Shown piece after piece: positions 50,112-60,600 of a stretch of DNA of 64,000 nucleotides (its first letter is position 1; each line of letters opens with the position of its first letter). Made by a program: the position numbers and the translations under genes. Under the pieces are notes generated by a model that was not told the DNA's origin, did not search any database, and saw only the letters and a program-made list of their open reading frames with translations. The DNA comes from Epiperipatus broadwayi (Eukaryota > Animalia > Onychophora), in assembly GCA_028023455.1 (NCBI GenBank), contig JAQFVV010000001.1:16182001-16246000 (forward strand). The letters run 5' to 3'.

Positions 50112-52619
50112 TTTTTATTTTCAAAATCATGACATTTCATTGATATACCAAACCAATCTTGATTTCAGCTTTAGTGATTTACTGGTTCTCCATCAAAATC
50201 TATATTTTCAAAATATTTTTCTTACTGGATTAGTTAATATTTTAATTATTCAACAGTTTTTATTTGAATATTTTTTTGTTTATGGCCAGAATAATTATAT
50301 ATAACAACTTCACGATCGGATAAAATATATCTTTATGGTCATCTATTGCTTTCAGTAGAACAAAATTTCAAATTTGTATAATATAAAAGGGTATAGCTCG
50401 ATGAATTATTGGCTTATTATTAGTTTAGACAAAGTAACTAAAGATTGAACTATGTATTGGTATTCATTAAGATCTAAAATTAAAACAAAACAATAATTAT
50501 TTATTCAGTGTATAACCTATTAATTTTACTTTCAAATGATACTATTTTTTAATTGAACATATTTGTCCAAGAGCAATGAACTCTAAAGAGAAAAGAAAAA
50601 AAGTGTATCAAAATAAAAGTTTGTCTTAATTGGTAATATTCATTTAATTATAAATTTAAAATAAAGTTTAAGAAATCATTATAATTTTTAAATAGATTAG
50701 CATTTTTAGAAATGTAAAATTAACATTAAAATAATGATTTTGTATATGTATGCAAGCTGTATGCAATATGTTTTTAAAATAGTATGCAAATACAATAAGC
50801 CATTTACAATATTTTACTTAATTGAATTAGAAACTCAAACTTTGATTGAGATGGATTAAAAGTCTAAGAATGATTAATACTGAAGATGAGATTTATATTT
50901 TTGTCTTATTTTTTGTATAGATTATTGTAATCCTCTCAAACAAATTTTGTTAAAGTCAACAAATTAGTATGCATATTCCTTTGATGGTAATAAAAAATAT
51001 GTTAATATAAAAGGACAATAAATCAAAGGTCAGTGATTGAACAGACAAATTGATATGAAGAATGTAAAGATATCAAATTGCTGCTAAAATGACCACTCCA
51101 GTAATATACCTTGTAAGTGAAAATTCACTGTGATTTTCTTCTTCTATTAGTCATCACAGAATGGGATTTTTGCCAATACTTGAAGATTTATTTGTTTTAA
51201 AATATATTTATTAAACATAGTAACATAGTAATATACAGTTAAACTTTATAAAAATTTACATAGCATTCAGAATGAAACTTGAAAAAGTCAATGTAGAGAA
51301 AAGTATATCTTAATAAGATTAAGAGGAAAATAAAACTTTCACCCAAGTATCATCATGAAGACTCACAGGCGAAAGCAGAGAGTCTCACTGCTTGACTTGA
51401 TCAAGAAGCTTAATAAAGACACTTAGAGCCGAGTCCTGAGAATGACCAAAGATGAGTCTGCAATGTGTCAACCATAAAGAAAATGTTATAAAGATAGATA
51501 ATCTTATTGCTGCAAACGATCCCTTCTTAAGAGTGTTAGAAACAGAAAGAGCATCCCTAAAAATAAGCATAGAGATTGAATGCTGAAAAAGTGTGAGCCA
51601 TAATCACCACTAAAAAGTGTTTCTGATAGCTAGACTATCACATAAAATTTACATCAACTAATTACATAATGAGAAATTATAATCATAATTTTAAAGTTGC
51701 TTGCTATTTATCTAAATTAAAGAATATATGACATAAAAATGAATTCAAAACTGTGGAATTATTTTCGAGATAAAGTTAAGTTACAATTCACTTGACTAAA
51801 AGTGTGCACACCGTCTAGAAAAAAACATTATTTTTATTCTGATTGCCTTATCAAAAAGTGTAAGTTTTGAACATTTTTCTTTTAATGAAATAATAAAGTG
51901 AGATAAATAATTCAATATTTTTTTATGTTAATGAATTTATTTTAATTAAAGTTTTAATATATGAATTTTTTTTTATATAAAATTATATTATGTTGTAAAA
52001 ACATTTGGAATAATTTAAAGTATGTAACCTTTAAAATTTTAATAATTAAGACTAAATGAAAATGTTAATAGTTGAAATAAAAAAATAAATGAATAATATA
52101 CGAGAAAAAATTTGAACGATAATTTCTATTTTCCAAACATGTTGATTTAAAATGAAAATATATGAAAAAGAAACCATGCATAAAATGAAAGTGAGAATTC
52201 AAAGGTTAATCTTGTAGTTCACTTTCAATCAAAATTTTTATGTTATGAATTAAAATAAATGGGTAAACTCAATTTAAAATAATTTAATAAAACAAATATA
52301 AGTTTACAATATAATTAAAATAGTAATAAAAGTCAATATAAATAATAAGTATATTACATGCGAGTTTATATGTGAAAATTATTAAATTATTTAAATGGCA
52401 ATATAGCAATCAATAATTAAATTATATTTAACATCTAAAATAATTGGATATGAGCATATTTGGTTTAAGTTATTTATGTAAATTATGATTAATTCTGAAG
52501 AACATTTTCATTTATTTATTTGATTTGATATAACTGACATTCATGAATTGCTTTATCATTTGTCTTTCCTCTGATATATGGTTTTCAAAAATCTATTCCT
52601 ATATATGGTTTTCAAAAAT

Positions 52620-54130
52620 CTTAAGTGATGATGATAAATATATTTTAAGAACAAAATTTAATGAAAGTGATAATCAATATTTGAGTTTTAGTTTAAGAAT
52701 CAAATATTGAAATTTGAAGCAGCTACATCGTTTAACAACAAAATTAACAGAGATAAATTCATCACTTCAATTTTGCATGCATACAAAGACAAAGGCCTCA
52801 ATGGAGCTGATTACTACAGGATTTATCTATCTGCAATGGTACAACTAAGAATATTTGCAAATGCAAAGCTGCATAAACAGGGAGTACCATTAAGACTAAT
52901 GTTGGACTTCGATGGCATCCACTACTTCAATGTATCTAAACTAGTTAATGAATGACTCATTGACTATCTAGGTTTTGGTTCATTTATAATTAAATCATCA
53001 TTTGAATTTGTAGACTGAATCAAGAATGCAGCAATTCCTCAAGAATTCATGATCACAGCAGTAGATATCACAGAACTATATGGGTCCATTGACGGACAGC
53101 TATCAATCAGAATAATAGAACATGAGCTGATTAAGAAAGACTGTCCAGCTCTTAAGACATGATTTATTATAGACTTTATGAAATGGCTAGATGGAAACAT
53201 TTTGGCATCATATGAAAATAACTGGTATAGAATGAATAATGGTTGGCCAATGGATCTCCCTCTGAGTGGGATTGTTTCCAGCATTATTCTAAATCATTTC
53301 TAACAACAATTGCTTCCAAAATTACAAATAGCAATACCAGGTACAATTTATATCAGATATGTGGATGACATATTTATAGCTGCACCAGAAAACAGAACCG
53401 AAGATATTTTACATGAACTTCATACTCTGTCTAGCCTGATTTTTAATTGAACATATGAGGATGAGCAAAATTTAAAAATCAATAGAGATGCTGCACTCAA
53501 CTATTCCATGATGATCAAGCCCTTGTGCATTAGAGGTTACCTCCTTCCACTCTCAAAATCCCCCACATCACACAAACTTTCAGGGTTATCTGCTTTCTTA
53601 TTTCGTAATCACCATCTATGCAAATTTAGAGTCAGACAAGAAAAGCAACATCAGAAACTACATCAGGGATTTAATAAGTGTGGGTTTTAATCGCAGAACA
53701 ATAGCCAATAGAATTGACGGCTTTCATAAAATGCTTCAGCAAAATAAAAAATAAAACAGACAACATAATTTAAACTAAGATTTAAAACTCCTCCAAACAC
53801 TAATAGGTTTATTAATAATATCAAAGATAAAAGAAATATTGAAACAGCTCCCCAGTTAGTATATAGAATTGTGTGCCCTCAAATGGGGTATGATGGTGAA
53901 ACTCGTGCCACAATTGGCAATAGATTGGCTCATACACAAATACACATATATAAGAGCAATAACCAAAAAAAGAAGGCAGTTCTGTATTTCCTGACCACCA
54001 TCAAGAGCTCAATCACAGATTTGAACCCTCCAAGGCTGATATATCATGCACAGAAAGGAATGACATCAAGAGAAAATCAAGGAAGCTTGTTTTATCACCA
54101 ATGATATCAACTCAATAAATAAAAAAAGAC
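52620..54130 (+). mobile_element. Decayed Penelope-like element (RT plus GIY-YIG region) in MCT intron 2
   Basis: FANAKLHKQGVPLRL, AVDITELYGSI, GWPMDLPLSGIV, IRYVDDIF (53358-53369) and VYRIVCPQMGYDGETR are PLE RT and endonuclease motifs, with many stops and frameshifts. Confidence 0.88.
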
Positions 54131-55955
54131 ACTTGTTTTGCCATTTCCAGAAAATGGATAATATAAGAGATAGTTTTGCATACATTTGCATATAATGACA
54201 TTAATAATCTAAGAGACTACGATTATAAAGTAACAAAACTCTGAAAGCACTTAGTCTGCAGAAATTATGATATTGAAAGCCTACAGAAATTATTATATAA
54301 AAAAGTTTCACTGCAATGCATCAGTGTGTTATTAAGAATCATTATATTTTAAGGGTATAATAATATTGGCAAGAGAAAAAGCCCTATAATTTATAAAATG
54401 AGTTATTTGTAATTTCCAGGAGAACATTCTCTCTTGATTAATGATGCAAACGTCTTACCAGTTTAAAAGAGATATAAATTTCAGAAGAGTATCAATATAT
54501 TAAAAGTATAATATATGTTCACAAAATAATATCTATTAAAAGTTTTTATAAAAAACGCATATTGGATCCTGAAAAATTAGTATGTTGTGAGAGATCTATT
54601 TACTACATACTGTTATTGGAAGAAAAGTTTAAAGTTGATCTAATATAATAATCACTCTGGGAAATTTTATTGCTAGTATTGAAAATATAAATTTTTAGTA
54701 ATCTTTAAGCTCACATCCTTTAATATTGTATCAAATGGATTGCAGGGTGATATTTATTCATTCAAAATTATATTTTTGCCATTATACCCACTCTGTAGTC
54801 CAATGCTGGATGATATGAAAGCATGGTAGAACAAATAAGATAATTTTAAATGAGTTACTCATACATATTGTTAATTCAACAATTAATGAAATTCAAACAT
54901 CACATACCATGAAAAATAAAAAGTATAAAGATCAATATTAAACTTACAAGGTGAAATTTGATAGAGTTAGCTTTAACGAGTTCATATTGTAATGAAATCA
55001 GAAGTATACATGAAACAGTCTTTTATCGGAAATTGATATAAATTATAGGAAACCTTTAAAAGTTTTCAGTTTACTAAATGTATGTCATATATATAGTCGT
55101 AAATTCAGATTTGATGGGAGTTGTTACATTATTGTTATTAATTTAATTTTTGAGAATATCATTTAGCAACAAGAAGTAGATATTAAAATAATAGCAATCA
55201 AAAGGGAATCTTGCCCATGCAGACTTGATTTGGTAAATATTTATTAAAATGTATTATGTAATAGTTAACATCAAACAAGATAACACCTGAAAAAAAAATG
55301 ATGAAAAGATGATGATGATGCAAAACCAATAACAAGGAGTGGATATGCTTTATATATTTTATTACATTGATTGAATTATATTATTTAAAGAGATTTTACA
55401 TATTTAATCACATTTGGTAAAATCACCAAATAGTATATACAGTACAGGGTTTAAGTTATAAAAAATGTATAAGAAACTTTAAGACGAGGCTGATTAATAA
55501 ATTCCTTAGATTTTAGAATGGTAAAACATATTTAAACATGATACTTCAAACATATTACCTCAATAAAATGAAAGCATTATCACTTGTCAAAGAAAATCAT
55601 TTTAATCTGATAAGCAAATCATCAATTATCTGTGCATTTAGCATTCTTGAGGTATACTTGAGATTTGAATAAACAAATATCTGAGGTTTTTGTTTAATTA
55701 TATATATAAAAATATAATTACTTCACGCAATATCAATACAGATATTGCTTAATATATATAATATCCCGAAAATAATAATAATATGAAATCATCATTTATT
55801 CGTGAAAATATTAGAATTAACACATATATAACATTCAAATACAAGTATATTGTTTATAAAGGCAAAACTCTCTATACAGTAGTGCCACCCAGAGTAATCA
55901 ATGGTTGCCAGAGGTTTGTGCATAAAATCCCCATCTAGTGCCTACTCATCCAATA

Positions 55956-55997
55956 TCCCCAGACTAGTTTCTGGCTTGTGGCCTTCTTCAGTGAGGA
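55956..55997 (-). ncRNA. Minimal type I hammerhead ribozyme motif, family A, unit 1
   Basis: TCCTCA-CTGAAGA-A-GGC-CACAA-GCC-A-GAAAC-TA-GTC-TGGGGA. Six-bp stem I with one G-U pair, intact core, GUC triplet, palindromic ACTAGT stem III; A-A mismatch at the base of stem II. Confidence 0.8.
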
Positions 55998-56376
55998 GCT
56001 TTGGATCCGAGAGAACTGCACCTAGATCTTAGGATCTAATGCAACCCTCCAGCAGCCACCTTTTATCTCTACTTAACTACAAAACTATGAGAATAAAATT
56101 GAAAACAATATTTTCAATCTAAGTTCAATAGTTTATATAGTCATATGGGTCTGAACTGAGTTCAGTACTCATACATTTTGGTGTCTTTGGCTCTTTAACA
56201 ACCATAGCCACCACTATCCTATTAGGCAGGATTGGTGTTAAACCATTAAGCATCACATGATCACCATTTCTTATGCTATCATGTTGTTAAAGGCAAAACT
56301 CTCCATACAGTAGTGCCACCCAGAGTAATCAATGGATGCCAGAGACTTGTGCATAAAATTCCCATCTCATCCAATA

Positions 56377-56418
56377 TCCCCAGACTAGTTTCTGGCTTGT
56401 GGCCTTCGTCAGCGAGAA
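56377..56418 (-). ncRNA. Minimal type I hammerhead ribozyme motif, family A, unit 2
   Basis: TTCTCG-CTGACGA-A-GGC-CACAA-GCC-A-GAAAC-TA-GTC-TGGGGA. Intact core; stem I has three G-U pairs. Confidence 0.78.
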
Positions 56419-56598
56419 GCTTTGGATCTGAGAGCACTGCACCTAGATCTTAGGATCTAATGCAACCCTCCAGCAGCCACCTTTTATCTCTACTTAACTA
56501 CAAAACTATGAGAATGAAATTGAAAACACAATAATATTTTTAATGTAAGCTCAATAGCTTATATAGTCATATGGGTCTGAACTCAGTTCAGTAACCAT

Positions 56599-56790
56599 AC
56601 ATTTTGGTGTCTTTGTTATATATAAATATAATAAAATTAAAAAACTTAACTTTATAACTATTAATATATCAATAAATACTAATTATAATTTGTTACATTT
56701 TGGTGTCTTTGTTATATATAAATATAATAAAATTAAAAAACTTAACTTTGTAACTATTAATATATCAATAAATACTAATTATAATTTGTT
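56599..56790. repeat. Near-perfect 96-bp tandem duplication overlapping the end of the family A array
   Basis: acattttggtgtctttgttatat...ataatttgtt at 56599-56694 and 56695-56790. Confidence 0.9.
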
Positions 56791-56914
56791 ATTTAAAATG
56801 GCAGTCATATTGTAAGCTGGCTATAGCTTTTATTTCTTTATTTATTGGCATATTGAAAATTGTAGAAATCATTCCAATGTTTAGTTTTATTATTTGTTTT
56901 GTCTCATATATATA

Positions 56915-57078
56915 TCCAGAAGCTCTGAGGAAAGTATGTGTTATAGTACTGAAACATTAATTCAGTACTATAACACATACTTTCCTCAGAGCTTCTGGAT
57001 ATATATATATATATATATATATATATCCAGAAGCTCTGAGGAAAGTATGTGTTATAGTACTGAAACATTAGTTATTTC
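56915..57078. repeat. Direct-inverted-direct triplication of a ~39 bp unit around (TA)n, carrying a hammerhead-like core
   Basis: tccagaagctctgaggaaagtatgtgttatagtactgaa appears forward, then exactly inverted (56961-56999), then forward again after (AT)n. Confidence 0.9.
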
Positions 57079-57699
57079 ACTATTATATTTTTATTACTCA
57101 GAATCTCCTGGAAATAATAATATGAACTCATCATTATATATATATATATAACAGTCTTAAAATAGAATGTTGAAGGGCAAAGTCGCAACCTTGTTTCAAT
57201 CTTTAACTAAGAAAAGATAGATATCTATTTCCATACTGGATGGTGTTGTAATTAGAATCTTAAAAAAATAAATTTTATCACCTATGATTTATATTGTGGT
57301 CTCAGGCTTGGATGCAAGTGATCTATCATTAGATTTTTAATTCTATTTTACGTGTTCAGTTAGTTTGAACAGATATGCAGCAGCAGAAACATTTTGTTTT
57401 AAATAAACAAACTTATATAAAGAAATAGGTTTGGATATTGTTATTATTATACAATCATAACTATGTCTATGGTATATTTTTAAATAAATTTTTAAATAAA
57501 TTGCCTTTTATATGGTGGCACCTAGAGGGATATTCACTGTTACATCATTGTGCAAGTATTTTTCAATTTTGGTATAAAAAACTTTATTATTAATTAGTGT
57601 TTTTGAGTGTTGTGCAACTAAAGATAAATAACTTATCTTGCTTTGAAGTGAACTTTTTATTGATAATTTTTAAAATTTAGACTGTTAATTTAAATAATT

Positions 57700-60600
57700 T
57701 TCCATCGCACAACGTTTAATTTCTGTCCAACATGGATGCTCAGTCTGTCAGCAAAAATTCCAATAAAACAAGCAAAGTTAAAAATCATATTACAATTCTC
57801 AAGAGAAAAGTGCATGTGCATGCTCCAAAACCATCTAGTATTGTTCCAAACAACCCAAATGTAAATAAAAATGCACAAGAAAATCCAAGAAAACCCAAAG
57901 TGGAAAACTTCTGTTATTAGCAAAAATAATCATGAAACCGGAAGTGAGGACATTAATCCTAATCAAGTCATGGGAATATACATGCTAACAAAAAATGAAG
58001 TTGACAGTTTTGAAGATAAAGGCCTTATGAACGTTACTTCAAAAAATCAGCAAGGTTCAAACAGAAATAAGGAAGCTATTCATCCTGTTATAAACCCAAA
58101 CTTACCTAAACTGCTAAATCCAAACTTACCTAAACTGCTAAATGGGAAAAACATTTTAAAATTGGCCCAAGAGATTGCACTGAATCAGAAATGACTGATT
58201 TTAAGGCAAAACAAGATGATTTCAGCCAAAAAAACTGCAGGATATCAACAAGAGATGACTAAGGCAGCTAATCTAAATAAAATTCTTAATGAATTAAATA
58301 ATAAAAAGCCAGAAAAACTTTTAACAAAAATTAAAAGGATCAAAATGAAGTTAATACTTATCACCAAACTTCACAAAAGCAAGGCAAAGTTAAAGGAATA
58401 CTACAGGCAGGTGGCAAAGAGACTGGTAGTGGACATGGTAATCAGATTCAACACACAGCTATGGGGGGAAATAATGTAAAGGCTGCAGGGAAAGATATGA
58501 ACATCACTAACACTTATGCAAGTACATTGTATGCTGATAAGGTGAAAAATAACCAAAGTGGTTCATATCAAACAGTTAGACATAGATTTAAAGCATTAGA
58601 AGGAAGTGAAGAACTAAATACTGGAAAACAGCAACAATGCAAAAGACACAAAATTTCATCTTCCAGATCTTGATGAGGACTTTCTATTAAATGAAAATGA
58701 AGCATCTATACTCAACTTATCGCAGGAGAATGGAATGTTAAAACCAAAAGACTATGATATGGTGAACTTTGAGTTTAATGAAAGAATTCTGGTAGTCTTG
58801 TTTAATTCCTTTTCCAATTACAAAAATGAGTGTACATTAATATTATCAACTACCAATAAAAATGCCAAATTTTCCAGTTTCCAACCGATGAGTTTTTCTT
58901 ACTAGTGAAGAAGTTACACCTGGAGGATGCTGTGAAATGCATCTACCATCATTCAAATGGTTGCTATTTTGTGGTTGAATTTCACAATGTCCTCCAGAAG
59001 AAGTTGTTCCAGAGAAAGCAAATGTTTCTTGGAGATAAATTTCTAGTTATGTTAGACTTCTCGTAATTGTTACATGAATTTTGATACTCAGGACCTGCAA
59101 AAGCTACTTGAGAAGTTTGGAACAATCATGTTATTTCAATATCTGTCAGAATGTAGGGCAGGAATAGAACTTCTGTTGAATATGGTGGCATTTTCCCTCA
59201 AATTAGCACAAGGAGTCCTGCCCACAGAATTGCCACTAGTACTGGAGGAAATGATATGCCCTCTGTTTTTATCCATTAGGGGCAAAAAGCCACAATGTTT
59301 TGCATGTGGTGTCCATAACCACCTGGTCAGAACATGCCCCCAAAGGTTATGTACCATCTGTAAAATGAGAAATACAAGAACACACAAGTGTACTATGGAG
59401 ACAGCAGATAAAAACACAGTGCAACAAACCAAGTATGGAAATGTCCAATTTGGCAGATCATCCATGGTAGAAAGAAAAGAAGATTATCAAACCACAAGAA
59501 GAATGGGCTATAAAGGTGAGATAGCTCAAGAAAATGAAAAAATAACATTGATAGAAATAGAGTCACACACCTTGCACATCCAAAGATTTAACTGATAACA
59601 AGGATAAAACAGTTCTGATGGACAATAATAATGAGATAAGCCAAATAATACCAGAGCAAGCTAAAATAATGCTCCCTCATATCCAATGTACAGAAGGGGT
59701 GTTGAAGTGTAAGGCTCAAGACCTGCTCACATCACACTCTGATGAAACTGAAAGCTCACTGTCAGATTCAGTTCTATTTATGGTTTGGCAAGTCCTACTA
59801 TGGCAACACCCAGACCACAAAAAATCAAATTTGAAAAAAAAATATAAAAGGGAGTCAAGCTGAAACCTTAATGCCAAAATGGCAGCAAAAGAGAAGTGTG
59901 ATGGGAATAGCAAGTCAATAGTAGATGATTCAGACTAGTGCCTGCTGGCAGTCAATCACCCACTAGGTACAATATCATCACATCCATATCTCCAGCTTAA
60001 ATGGGAGAACTCATCAGATTTAGGTGAGTACACTGTCACACCAGATGACCTCCTTGATTAACATGTTAGTCTCAACCATGTGATCATTATAAATGTCATT
60101 GAACATCAGAGATGTAAATGTCAGGGGTTTAAATTCCCTGGCAAGGCTATTCACCCTTAAAAGATAGCTAGATCAGTCTTGTCTGGACATAGTGTGCATA
60201 GGCAAGACAAAGCTACATAGGAACTCTAACAACAAGATCAATGACCCCCTCAGCCAATTTGGAGTTTTGCAATATTTACCTAGAGACACAGCCTAGTCAG
60301 GTCTAGCAATTCTAATCAATAACAAATTAAAAATAAATAGTACCAGAACACTCCTCATGGATAATGAAGTAATTGTCACAGAAATAATTATCAGAAAATT
60401 CACCCTGATCCTAGCCTATGTTTACTTAAGAAGAGGCTCTGAAGTGGCAATATGATTAACAAAATCAATTCCATTGTGGCATCAACAGTGTCATCAATCA
60501 TATTGTTTGGTGATTTCAACATGGCCTACAGTAAATTCACACTTAAATTCTTTCACTTGATCAATTGTGTGCTGCTGAGTGAGGCATAATGCTTCCCTGA

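Larger units (their letters stand above)
55850..56614 (-). repeat. Family A hammerhead repeat: tandem of about 1.8 units of 431 bp (retrozyme/pLTR-like)
   Basis: aggcaaaactctc at 55860 and 56291; the units are highly similar apart from a 10-nt deletion in unit 2; each unit carries one HHR on the minus strand. Confidence 0.93.

Noticed and set aside
54225-54265. CTGCAGA-AAT/ATT-GAAAG downstream of the PLE
   Set aside because: A6 is mutated, stem I is absent and the stem III loop is too short; the evidence is insufficient.
59730-59770. CTGATGA-AACT-GAAAG string
   Set aside because: There is no stem II, and it lies in Tx1 ORF1-derived coding sequence (SDETESS), so it is probably coincidental.
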